Below, one piece after another: positions 39,301-52,700 of a stretch of 64,000 bases of DNA. A model generated the notes under the pieces. It searched no databases, had not been told where the DNA came from, and saw only the letters and a list, made by a program, of their open reading frames with translations. This stretch comes from Malacoraja senta (Eukaryota). The position numbers were made by a program, and so were the translations under genes. Position 1 is the stretch's first letter. Each line of letters opens with the position of its first letter. The stretch lies in the NCBI GenBank assembly GCA_038087875.1, contig CM075992.1, forward strand, positions 7,316,001-7,380,000, given 5' to 3'.

Positions 39301-42300
39301 GGTCCCAAAGTTGGTACAAGACTGGAAGGACCAAAGGGTGCAATCAAATACCCATGTCACTTCAGGAAGCCCCCTGAAGCAGCTAGTCTGGCTGTGTTTC
39401 TCCTGGAGTTGCCCACCTGTGAGAGTAGGATACTGTAAGACCCCCGCTCATCCTTCTAAATTCCAGTGAATTTGACAACCAAAGATGGAAGCAGAGCAAG
39501 GATCAATAACCTTTTCACTCACAACACTGTTATGAGGGATATGGGTGCGTACCCAACAAGCGTACGTGGGAAGCAAGTTCATAACTCATAGATAAAAATA
39601 CATTCTCCCCCTGTATTGCATTGTCCGGTCAGGGAGAGTAATCTTGGAATAGTATTGTCTTCATTCCGTGTTGTTGTTGGTGGGCCGATCATGGCTGGAA
39701 AGGTCGGCCGTACAGAGGTCCTCCCACCACAGGTGCAGTGCACAGCATGCGGCGACCTGTTCAGCAGAAAGGGTGAACTGGCGCGGCGCCTTGGCAGAGG
39801 CCAAGGTGGAGAGTAGTTTGGTGTAAAGTGCGATGTTGGGAATCCATTGGCGACTAAAGTTCACAAGGCCCAGAAATGCTCGCATCTGTTTAGGAGGGCA
39901 GGGGGTCTCATGGGCAATGACGGGGTCAATCCGTGTGGATGTCAAGGTGCTAGCATTGGAATGAGCAGTATGCCCAGGGATTTAACTTGTGACTGCCCCT
40001 GGCCAACTTTCCTTTTGGGTAGTATGTACCCCCAACAGAGGCGCGCCTTTGACAGTACCTTCGAGTCCTCATGGTTCTCTCTGGGGCCTATGTTGGCCAG
40101 GAGGAGATTGTCAACATATGGTATAACCGCGGAGCCATCGGGCAATTGGAGAGTTGTCAGCTGGCCGCTCAGAATCTGGGAAAAGATGGTGGGCGAATGG
40201 ATGTGCCCCTGGAGTAGACCTGGCCAGGTGTATTGTCGCCCCTCGTAGGTGAAGGCAAAAAGGTATTGGCTATCCAGATGCAGGGGCATGGCGAAAAAGG
40301 TGCGTTGCTAGTCAACGATAGTGAAGACGGTGGCTTCTGCTGGTACCTGACTCAAGATGGTCGCAAGATTTGGTCCAATGGCGTGCATGGGGATGACAAC
40401 ATCGTTGATGGCCCGTAGATCTTGTACCAGCCGCCATTCTGCGCATCCTGGCTTGGGAGCAGGGAACAAATATCCCAAAGATAGTCACAAAATGCTGGAG
40501 TATCTCAGTGGGTCAGGCCACATCTCTGGAGAAATGGAATGGGTGATGTTTTGGGTCGAGACCCTTCTTCAGACTGAGAGTCAGGGGAAAGGGAAATAAG
40601 AGATATAGAAGATACACAGAACAAATAAATGAAAGATATGTAGAAAGCATATTGGGGAGAGGGAAATTAGTGTTATGAAAAGGTACAGAACAAATCAGGG
40701 CCGGCAAGACAACCAAAGAGCCCACAATGGTCCATTGTTGGCTGTGGAGGAGATGATAATGAGGGGATACAAACAGAGGGAATGCAGGTGTTACTTGAAA
40801 TTACTGAAATCAATATTCATACCATTGGGTTGTAAGGTGCCCAAGCAAAATATGAGGTACTGTTCCTCCAATTTGCGTGAGGCCTCACTCTGACAATGGA
40901 GGAGGCCCAGGACAGAAAGGTCAGTGTGGGAATGGGGAGGGCAGTTGTTTAATAAAGAGCTTAAATATTAATGCCTATCATTGGTTTCAGTCACCCAGAT
41001 GTTCACTGAGATTAGAAACTCACAAGGCGTTGTCAAGATGGAACTGTCGCAGCTGAAAACAAACCGTGAGTAAAGAACTGTCTTTACGTTAGACTTTAGT
41101 CTTTAGACTTTAGAGATGCAGCGTGAAAACAGGACTGTGTTAAGTTTAGTTTAGTTATACAGCGCGGAAACTGGCACCAAATCCGCACTGACCAGCGATC
41201 CCTGCAGATTAACACTACCGTAAACATACACTAGGGACAATTTACAATTTACACTTATACCAAGCCAAATTTACCTACAAACCTGTACCTCTTTGGAGTG
41301 TGGGAGGAAACCGAAGATCTCGGAGAAAACCCAAGTTGTCATGGAGAGCATGTAGAAACTCCGTGCAGACAGCACCCGTGGTCGGAATTGAACCCAGGTC
41401 TCAGGCGCTGTAAGGCAGCAACTCTACCACTGCGCCACTGTGCTGCCCAGTTTCTTTAACTGCTGTGGTCCATATTGTGAAAGTACACTCATTTTATCGG
41501 CGATTGCAGTGGTGACTTTCAGCTTTGATGGTGAGGGGACAGCAAGGCACGGAGACATGATGGAAACTTCTTCTGGTTCGATACTGCATCTCTTGCACAG
41601 TATACTGATGTGTTCGGCAGATTAGCTGTAGTAACACACACATATAGAATGTGGATATTGTAAAGAGGAGTCGTGGGTTCGTTGGTCATGGGTTCGAATC
41701 CCACTTCTGACACCATGTAAAGAGGAGTCATAACACACTGTGTCTTTACTACTGTTTATTCATGATACACATACATTACTGCCCTAGCTGTTCGTGGTCT
41801 GTCACCGGAACCAGAGAGAGAGCACTGGGTGGGAAGGTTGTAATTATACTAGTGATGTGGGGAGTGGTTAGTAGTGGTGAGGTAGCTATGTTAAAGGTAC
41901 ATGCACATGTCATCTACAGATATTAACCTGCAGGGATCCTCAGTGTGTGTGCAGGGAATGCAGTAATCACTCTCTATTATATATTACTCATTATGCAGCT
42001 ACTATGGCAAGGTTTAAAAAAGGGCGGCACAGTGGCTAGCAGTAGACCTTCTCCCTTACAGTGCTAAAGACCTGGGTTCGATCCCGACTACCGGTGCTGT
42101 CTGTATGGAGTTTGTACGTTCTCCCCGTGACTGTGTGAGTTTTCTCCGAGATCGGTTTCCTCCCACACCAAAGACGTACACGTTTGTAGGTTAATTGGCT
42201 TGGTGTAAATGTAAATTGACCCTAGATTATCCGTTCACACTAGTTCCGTATTATCCTACTATCTCACATAGTGTGTGTGGGGTAGTGTTAGTGTGTGGGA

Positions 42301-45300
42301 ATCGCTGGTCGATGTGGACTCAGTAGGCCAAAGGGCCTGTTTCCGCACTGTATCTCTAAATGTAAACTAAACTAAATTTAGACAGGGACATGGATAGGAG
42401 AGGTTTAGAGGGATATGGGCCAAACGCATGCGGTTGCGACTAGCGTAGATGGGACATGTTGGTCGGTGTGGGCAAGTTTGACTAAAGTTTCTACACTGTA
42501 TCACTCTATGACTCTATGCTGATGCAACGTGCACGTGTATTCAATGCATCCTGACTGTGTTTTCGTGCAACACATTCCACAAACAAATGCCGTTTGTTAA
42601 TTGCAGTTAATCTCAAATACAACACATCCAGGAATCTGTCCTGATGCAGGGTCTCGACTCAATACATAAACCATCTCTTTGCCTGTACAGATGCTGGCTG
42701 GCCTACTGCGTTCCACCATCTCTTTGTTTTTGTTTTGTTCCAGGTTACAGCATCTGCAGTCATAGAGTCATACAGCATAGAAACAGGCCCTTTGGCCCAG
42801 CTTGCCCACAACTAGCAACATGTCCCATCTAGACTAGTAGACAAAAGTGCTGGAGAAACTCAGCGGGTGCAGCAGCATCTATGGAGCGAAGGAAATAGGA
42901 AACGTTTCGGCCCGAAACGTTGCCTATTTCCTTCGCTCCATAGATGCTGCTACACCCGCTGAGTTTCTCCAGCACTTTTGTCTACCTTCGATTTTCCCGC
43001 ATCTGCAGTTCCTTCTAAAACACCATCGACACTAGTCCCAGCTACACCAGTCCCACTTGCCGGCATTTGTTCCATTCCCTCCAGATCTGTCCTGTCCATG
43101 TACCTGTCTAACTGTTTCTTAAATGGTGTGATAGTCTCTGCCTCAACTACCTCCTCTGGTAGTGACCTTTGAGTCTCCAACCATGTCTGTGTTAGAAGAT
43201 AATGTTTGAAAATTACTATCTAATTGTTGCTGGAGAGATGGCTAAGGAAATTCCTTTATTTCAGTAACACAAAAACTTAACGACGTACGGAACTCTCAGG
43301 TGGATCTCAAACTTGGGATGACACTGATGAAGATGAACGGTGAGTGTGTAACCCCCACCCATCCCCCAACCTCCTCACCTGCCCTCACTCCATCAAAACA
43401 GTGACTATACCACACCCACTGTCAGCGGGGAATTGTCTCCAGCCACCCATCTCCAAGCTCGTTGACATCCAGGGATGGGTGGGTCACTGTAATGCAGTAT
43501 TTACCTTCAGCTAGTTCACAAGTTATAGGAGTAGAATAAGGCCATCGAGTCTACTCCGCTATGTAATGATGGCTGAGCTCTGAATCCTAATCCCATTTTC
43601 CTGCCTTCTCCCCATAACCCTTGATACCCGTTTATCCCAGCTCCTGCCACCTGCACCCATTTCAGCCATTTGGGCTCTGTCTGTCCCCAGCTCCTTCCAC
43701 CTGTGCACATCTACCTGTGTCCAGCTACTTCCGCATGTGCCCAGCTCCCTCCACCGCCCCTGTGCACATTGGAGTGTTCAGGGTAGTGGGTGTACTGCGA
43801 TTCTACGAGCGTTCAAAAGCTTGCCCCAATCTTGTGCAGAATTAATCTTGTCCCACCCTCCCGAGTTACTCGCGTATTCTCCCGAGTTTTCCCCTTGATT
43901 CAAACTCGGGGAATGTCCGTAGTGAATCCGTAGGAGGCCGTAGGAGTCCGTAGATATTTCGTAGCGGCTCGTAATGCCAGCCGTAGGTATTCGGGGCATC
44001 AGGCAAGTCGGGACGTTTTTTCAGCATGTTGAAAAATGTCCACGAGTAAAGGAAATAGCCCGGAGTACCTACGGCTGACATCTCCAAGTATGAATCAAGA
44101 GGAAAACTCGGGAGAATTCGTGAGTAACTCGGGAAAGTGGGACAGGGGCTTTATCTACCTACAGGTCTCTGGCGTTGCTCCTGAAAAGCATATTGGCTGG
44201 AGTTTGTGAACGATATTGGTCGGCAGCAGAAGCCACAGCCCTCCCCTCCCTTGCAGGGCCAGGGACAGGACCAAGTATTCACTGGGTGAGGGTAACATTC
44301 TGCTTCCCTTCCAGTTACCCAGCTGATGCCTGGTTTAAGGTGGCTGCAAGCTAACATGAACCTCGAACTTTCACAGATGAAGAACACAAGTAAGTAGTGT
44401 CAGAGCCTTTGGTCAGAACTGTTCCTATTTGATTTATGCTACCTAATATCATCAGATCACAAGACAGTGATGCAGAATTAGGCCATTCGGCCCATTGTGT
44501 CTGCTCCACCATTCAATCATGGCTGATCTATTTTTCCCTCTAAACCCCATTCTCCTGCCTTCTCCCCATAACCTTTGACACCCTTACTAATCAAGAATGT
44601 ATCAATCTCCACTTTAAAAGTACCCAATGACAGCCTCCATCGCTTTCTGTGGCAATAAATTCCACAGATTCACTCCCACTGGCTGCAGAAATTCCTCCTC
44701 ATCTCTATACTAAAGATACGCCCTTTAATTCTGAGGCTGTGCCCTCTGGTTCTGGACTCTCCCATTACTGGAAACATCCTTGCCACATCCATTCTATCCA
44801 AGCCTTTCATTATTCAGTAGGTTTCAATGAAATCCCCCTCATCCTTCTAAACTCCAGCAAGTACAGGCCCAGGTATTTTAACAATACTAAAATATTAAAA
44901 CCACTCTGCAGTCCAGGCAGCGACCATGGGAAGAGAAATAAAATTAATGCTTCAGGCTGAAGATGCTTTTATCAGAGTTATTCTGAAGTCATGCCGTGTA
45001 GATCTGATGAAGGATCTCCAAACTGAAACATCAAATCTGCTTTTCTCTCCACAATTACTCTCTGACCTGCTCAGTGTTTCCAGAATTTTGTGAATCCTTT
45101 CCTTGATTCCATTTGCATTCCAAATTATTTGCTGAATCTGCACATTGAATGTCTCTGTCAGTGAATATAACCAGATCTCTCTGTACCACAATACTTTGAT
45201 AGTCACAATATGCTGGAGTAACTCAGCAGGACAGGCAGCATCTCTGGATAGAAGGAATGGGTGATGTTTCAGGTCGAGACCCTTCTCCAGACTGATGGTC

Positions 45301-46742
45301 TGAATCAGTCTAAAGAAAGGTCTCGACCCAAAATGTCACCCGTTCCTTCTAGCCAGAGACGCTGATTGTCCTGCTGAGTTACTCCAGCACTTTGTGTCTA
45401 TCTTTGGTTTAAACCAGCATCTGCTGTTCCTTCCTACACAATACTTTGAAAGAGAGGGCATGGACTGGGGCCCCTTCGGCCCAATGAGTCCACGCTGACC
45501 ATTGATCACCCGTTCACACGGGTTCTATGTTATCCCACTTTCCCCTCCATTCCCTGCAGACTAGGGGCAATTGATAGAGGCCAATTAACCTACAACACTG
45601 ACATCTATTTACACTGAAAAGGATTTAGCAGAGATTAAACTAATACTCTTCTCCTTTCAGTTACACAGATGTTCAGTGAAATAAGTAGCTCACATGCAGA
45701 TTTGAAAATCGAGCTTTCACAGATGAAGTATAACAGTACGTATTTATCGATNNNNNNNNNNNNNNNNNNNNNNNNNNNNNNNNNNNNNNNNNNNNNNNNN
45801 NNNNNNNNNNNNNNNNNNNNNNNNNNNNNNNNNNNNNNNNNNNNNNNNNNNNNNNNNNNNNNNNNNNNNNNNNNNNNNNNNNNNNNNNNNNNNNNNNNNN
45901 NNNNNNNNNNNNNNNNNNNNNNAAGTTTAAAAACTTGTACTATCTTTGATCAGACTTTACTGGACTTTATCCATCACTAAAGATTATTCACATTATCCCC
46001 TTTATCATGTATCTGTACATTGTAGATAGCTTGATTGTAATCATGTATTGTCTCTCCGCTAACTGGATAGCACACAACAAAAGCTTTTCACTGTACCTCG
46101 GTACACGTGACAATAAACTAAACTGAAATTAAACCCCAAAAAAGTAATTTAAACAAATTTTATGATACCCTTCCCCACAGCAGTAATTTTGATGAGATAT
46201 TTGCTTGGGCGGGAATTACATTTTGTGGCATTGCAACTTAGACCTTTGTTTTGATTCCAGTCGCACAGATGTTCACTGAAATAAGAAACTCTCAGTCTGA
46301 CTTCAAGATCGAGTTTTCACCGCTGCAGCATAAGAGTGAGTTGTTCATCTTCAGGCATCCCTTAAAATGCCGCGATTTTATTTTGAACCATTCTGCCTCT
46401 CGAAGCTTCTGCGATTTTAACCTTCTGTTTGTTGTTGTGCAGTGTGGTGTGTTAAAAACAATGCACTGCAGTAATGCACCCTCACTGTGGCACAGTGGCA
46501 CAGGTGGTAGAGCTGCTGCCTCGCAGCGCCAGAGTCCCGGGCACGATCCTGACCTCGGTTGCTGTCTGTGTGAAATTTGCACGTTCTGCCTGTGACCACG
46601 TGGGTTTCATTGGCCTCTGTAACAGATTCTTCCCTACAGCCATCAGGCTATTAAACACTGCAACCTTCAAATAAGCTCTAAACAACATAGACTTGGGGGC
46701 ATTGGTTTTGTCTATTATTATTATTATTACTTTTAGTAATAT

Positions 46743-46799
<57 letters not shown>

Positions 46800-49700
46800 A
46801 TGTGTATCTATATCTATATTACTAAAAGTCTGATCTTGACCACTTCCTGTTGTTCTGTATATTGATTTTAGAAAAAACGCAGCCACTTACGGCTGTGATT
46901 TTTGGCCATCTTACTCAGATGTGCAGGACAAGAGGATTATTCCCATCGATGAAAAATAAAAGAGTTATTAGTGTTTAAAAAATGTTGAGATTCTCTCTCC
47001 TGAAGGCCACGCCCCTTCCGGAGGGACTATAAAACCTGGAAGTGTTGAGTGCCTCAGTCAGTCTCTGCAAGATGGGGGAGCGAGAGGGACACATCTCTCA
47101 GTCTGAGCTGTGAATGACACTGAACACATGTCTACTAAACTGTGGTTTGAAATAAAGCACAGCAAATGGTTGGTGGTGGTTGGTTTGAAATAAAGCACAT
47201 CAAATGGTTGGCGGTGGTTGGTTTGAAATAACGCACAGCAAATGGTTGGTGGTGGTTGGTTTGAAATGGCAAATGATTAAAAGTCTAAACTTGACAACTT
47301 CCTGTTTGCACTGTATATTGATTTTAGATAAAACGCTACCACTTACGGCTGTGAATTTTGGCCATCTTACTCAGTCCCCCTCCGCTCATCAGGTGCAGAG
47401 GATTCTTCCCATCAATGAAAAACAAAAGTGTTATTAATGTTTAAAAAATGTTGAGAATCTCTCTCCTGTCAATCACGCCATGAAGGCCACGCCCCTTCCG
47501 GTGGGAGGGGGAGGGATTATAAAACCCGGAAGTGTGGGTGTGGCTCAGTCTCTACAAGATGGGGGAGGGAAAGGTCATGACCCTGTCTGAGCTGTGAATC
47601 AACTGAACACACTGAATGTCTACTGAACTGTGAGTGTGGTGTTTATGTGGAGTTTTGTGGTGTTTTGTGTGGTTTTATGGTGGTTTTATGGTGGTTTCAC
47701 CCTGCTTGAAATGGTATGAAACTGCACTTGAATTTGGTAGCCTTGCACCCTGCTTGATGTGGTATGAAACTGCACTTGAATTTGGTGGCCTTGAACCCTG
47801 CATGAAGTGGTATGAAACTGCACTTGAATTTGGTGGCCTTGCACCCTGCTTGAAGTGGAATTTCAAGGAATAGCCGTGAGTCAACTGCCAGCCCACCAGC
47901 CATGAGTGAGCTGCCAGCACATCAGGCTTGAGTGACTGAGCTGCCACCCCAAGAATCCATTTGACCCACAATGTCCATACTAGCTCTCTGGAAACCAGTC
48001 CCTTCAGCCCACAACACCCATACTAGCGCTCCAGATATATATATATATATATATATACTGAGATTTTTTCCCCCGTTTATTATATTGTTTATAGAGTACT
48101 ATGTTTACATATACTGCTGCAAGTATATTGTTATAAGTATAATTTCATTGTTCTGTCTGGGACATATGGCAATGAAACACTCTTGGAATGTGTATGGGAA
48201 AGTGGGATAACATAGAACGAGTGTGAATGGATATTCAATGGCCAGCATGGACAGTGAGCCAAAGGGCTTTTTACATATTGTATCTCTAAACAAAATTAAA
48301 CGGTCCCACTCCCCCAATGGTTAAATTGTTAACTCACCTGCAACAGAAAAATATGGTTAATTCACTTTTCTCCATTAATTCGCAACAGAAACTTGAATTG
48401 GTAATTTCTCTTACAATGTTGTTTCCAACCCTGACACTCTAAAAGTACAATCAATTTACAACACTCACACTATTTCCTCTTTACTATTCTTGATATGTAC
48501 CTCAATGGCCCTTCACATTGGATGGTCACCTCGCCTGATATATGCTCTATAAATGCCCCGAGACACATTCTACACAGACCCATCTGATATGTTTTAAACC
48601 CTCCCTTGACTGGCGCTCAACCCATTGAATCTTCTACACGTACCTCCCGGTTGATGCGTGATCAACGTGACTGTTTCGCCCTATCACCAGATGTGCATTC
48701 CACATGTTTCTTTGCACATGATGGACAATCTTCAATATCTCTATAGATACAAGGAACTGCAGATGCTAGCTTACAAAAAAACACACACAAAGTGCTGGAG
48801 TAATCCAGCAGACCAGGCAGCTTCTCTGGAGAACACAGATAGGTGATGTTCCGGGTCGAACTGATCATCAGACTGAAGAACGGCCCCAACCCGAAACATC
48901 ACTTCTCCTTGTTCTCCAGAGATGCTGCCTGCCACACTGAACAAGTTACTAAGGAGGTCACCCAGACTGCGAGGAAACTCCTTACCAAAGGCCTTGCTAA
49001 AGTCCGTGCAGGCATCGTGACCAGCCTGCTCATATTAGTCCTCTTGATCATCTCCTCAAAAGCTTTGTGGGATTTGACTTGATTAAAAGATTGTGGGTGT
49101 GTATGTTTATGTNNNNNNNNNNNNNNNNNNNNNNNNNNNNNNNNNNNNNNNNNNNNNNNNNNNNNNNNNNNNNNNNNNNNNNNNNNNNNNNNNNNNNNNN
49201 NNNNNNNNNNNNNNNNNNNNNNNNNNNNNNNNNNNNNNNNNNGAGAGAAAGAGGGGGTGAGAAAGAGGGGGAGAGAGGGCAGGGAAAGAGGGACAGAGGG
49301 AGAGAGGGCAGGGAAAGAGGGAGAGAGGGAGAGAGGGAGAGAGAGCAGGGCACTGTCTAACATGAGCACCAGAGGGCAATGTACTGCCGTTCACCCTCCA
49401 TCAGTTTTCCATGGGGAGGTTTTGTGAAATCGGCAGCTTAAAAAGACCCAAGTCTGTGCTGTAGATTCTCTGCATGTGTAAATAATCATAGGAAACAACA
49501 ATTTGGGGCTAATGTAAACAAAAAACATTCTTTTGTTTCAGTCACACAGAAACTGAAGGAGATTGGGGATTCGCAGGCCGGGTGCTGGACAGAGTTGTCG
49601 CAGATGAAGAACGGCAGTGAGTTTAAACCAGTAGCTGGAGTAACTAACCCTGTGTGTGGCCCAACCTCAAGCACTGCACTGTACTGGTCCACAGCATGGA

Positions 49701-52700
49701 CATTCCCTGGGCACGGCATGACTCTACTCATTCACTCCAAACTATCATAGTAGCTCTGCCAAGAGCCCTTTCTATCCTGATATAAACTGGGTCTCATCCT
49801 TCCCAACACCCTCAACACCAAGCTTGGAGTCTGAAGAATGGTTTCAGCCTGAAACGTTGCCTATATCCTTCGCTCCGCAGATGCACCCGCTGAGTTTCTC
49901 CAACACTTTTGTCTATCAAGCTTGATGGCTCTTTATTTTAGTTTAGCTTAGTTTAGTTTAGTTTAGTTTAGTTTAGTTTAGTTTCATTTCATTTAGGTTA
50001 GTTTCATTTAATTTAGTTTAGTTTAGCTTAGCTTAGTGTAATTTAGTTTAGTTAGTTAAGTTAAGTAGTTTAGTTTAGTTAGTTTAGTTTAGTTACATAG
50101 ATACATAGAAAATAGGTGCATGAGTAGGCCATTCGGCCCTTCGAGCCTGCACCGCCATTCAATATGATCATGGCTGATCATCCAACTCAGTATCCCGTAC
50201 CTGCCTTCTCTCCATACCCCCACAAGGGCCACATCTAACTCCCTCTTAAATATAGCCAATGAACTGGCCTCAACTACCCTCTGTGGCAGAGAGTTCCAGA
50301 GATTCACCACTCTCTGTGTGAAAAAGTTTTTCCTCATCTCGGTCTTAAAGGATTTCCCCCTTATCCTTAAGCTGTGACCCCTGTGACCCCCTGTTTAGAG
50401 ATACAGCATGGAAACAGGCCCTTCAGCCCACCAAGTCCACTCCGACCAGGAATCACCCGTACACTAGTTCTATCCTACACGAGGGACAATTTGCTGAGGC
50501 CAAGTAACCTACAAACCTGCATGTCTTTGGAGTGTGGAAAGAAACCGGGGCACCCAGAGAAAACCCACACGGTCTAGGGATAACAAACGCCATACAGACA
50601 GCACCTGTAGTCAGGATCAAACCTGGGTCTCTGGCGCTGTAAGGCAGCAGCTCTACCGTTGCGCCACCGTCTGGTTTGAAGACACGGTGGAAGCATGTCC
50701 CCAGTTATATCTCTCACCGTAATGATGGACATTATCATTTTGGAGAAACATCAAAAAAAGTCTGAGAGCAGAGAGCCTCCTAACATACAGGGAACATCAT
50801 TTGGACACATAGATTGATAGGAAAGGTTAAGAGGGATATGGGACAAATGTAGGCAGGTCACAGTACTGTAGATGGGACATCTTGGTCAGCATGGGCAAGT
50901 TGGGCCGAAGGGCCTGTTTCCATATGGTTTGAGTTTATGACTCAAGGCGGCACAGTGGTAGAGTTGCTGCTTTACAGCGCCAGAGACCTGGTATCGATCC
51001 TGACTATGGGCGCTGCCTATACGTAGTTTGTACGTTCTCCCCGTGATCGCGTGGGTTTTCTCCGGGTGCTCTGGCTTTCTCCCACATTCCAAAGACGTGC
51101 AGGTTTGTAGGGTAATTGGCTTCTGTAAATTGTAAATTGTCCCTAGAGTGTGCATGATAGTGGTAGGGTACGGGGTGATCACCAATTTGCCAATTTACCC
51201 CCAACCCTTCCACGACTCCAAATCCCCACCTTCCCTCCCCTGCTACTAACTCACCGCGGGCCATTAACCTGCCAACTCGCACATCTTCGTGAAGTGTAAA
51301 CTCTACACCGACAGCAACAGAGGTCAGGAGTGAACCCGACAGGCAACAGCACTACCTGCTGCGACACTGTCTAACCAGCTCCCAGCACAGAAAGTCCACC
51401 GCAAGGTTGAACAATGGACCATATCTCAGATTAGTGACAGAATGGAGACTGTTTCCGTAAACTGAACCAAGGGTGATTTCTTACACATCAGTGCACAACA
51501 CATTTGCATCACTTCCAGCCTTGGGCAGCTCAACACTGTTTTAAAACCCACAGATTAATACCTTTGATAAAAGAGCCCCTTGAGGAAAATGAGGAAACAT
51601 TGGGAACTAACCCTTTATTTCCCTCCCTTGCAGTTGTGCAGAAGATCAACGAATTAAGAAACTCCCAGCCTGATTTGAAGGGAGCGATTTCCCACCTGGA
51701 GACAGAGAGTGAGTAAGAATTCTGCCCTGCAATTTCTCTGTAAAATGTGTCATTCTTCTGTCAAAATGGGGCAGAAGCAATTTCTCTGGTTTACACCACA
51801 TATAGACACAAAATGCTTGAGTAATTCAGCGGGACAGGCAGCATCTCTGGATAGAAGGAATTGGTGACCCGTTTCGGGTCGAGATGTCGGAAGAAGGGTC
51901 TTGACCCGAAACGTCACCCATTCCTTCTCTCCAGAGATGCTGCCTGTCCCGCTGAGTTACTCCAGCATTTTGTGTCTATCTTCAGAAGCCATTTCTACCA
52001 GCATTATGGCCCAATGCAGACACCAACTGAGGACAAGTGGTCTGGTTCGTTTTTACAATGTACAGGGATCAGTTATGAGGAGGGATGGAAACTGTGGGTG
52101 ATGTCAAGGTCATCACGATCGACCGTGTGAAGTGTCGATCGATGACTCGTTGGATAACTATCTACATCTTCTCAAACGCAAACAGATCTTCTATCACACT
52201 TATGGAATGCCATTCAGGGCTATCTTAAGAATTAAGAATAAGGAGAATAAAGTGGCGGCGCGGCACTGGCTGCAGCGGCTCATCGGCAGTCCTGTTTGTT
52301 TGTGTTTTTTGTGTTGTTTATTTCGTTTTGGTTAGTCTAGTTTTTGGTTTTTAGTTTGTGTTTTGGGGGGGTGGGGGGTTGTAACGGGGTTTGCAGTCTC
52401 TCCCTGCGGGGGAATGCGACTTTTTTGTCGTATTCCCATTCTCTGCCTCCGTCTGCGCTGAGGCCTAATGGAGGTGGCGACGGAGGAGGCGACGGAGGCA
52501 GAGCCCGTCAGGACTCGCCCTAAGCTCGCTCCCGTGAGGTTGATCCGGCTCAGGGCTGGAACAGTGCTCCCGTGAGCGCCCAAGTCGGGGCAGCCCGGCC
52601 CGATGGAGAAGCGACGCCCAAGTCGGGGCAAAAATGCCCGGCCCGAGAGAGGTTCGGCGCCCAAGTCGGGGCGGCCCGGCCCGGGGGAGGTTCGGCGCCC

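Noticed and set aside
39280-39660. Possible continuation of the ERV (integrase GPY-like GSYSILLS on the minus strand)
   Set aside because: Too short and degenerate to support without alignment.
41673-41715. tRNA-Leu gene
   Set aside because: Only the 3' 27 nt are present, including the post-transcriptional CCA, abutting an LTR: primer-derived, not a gene.
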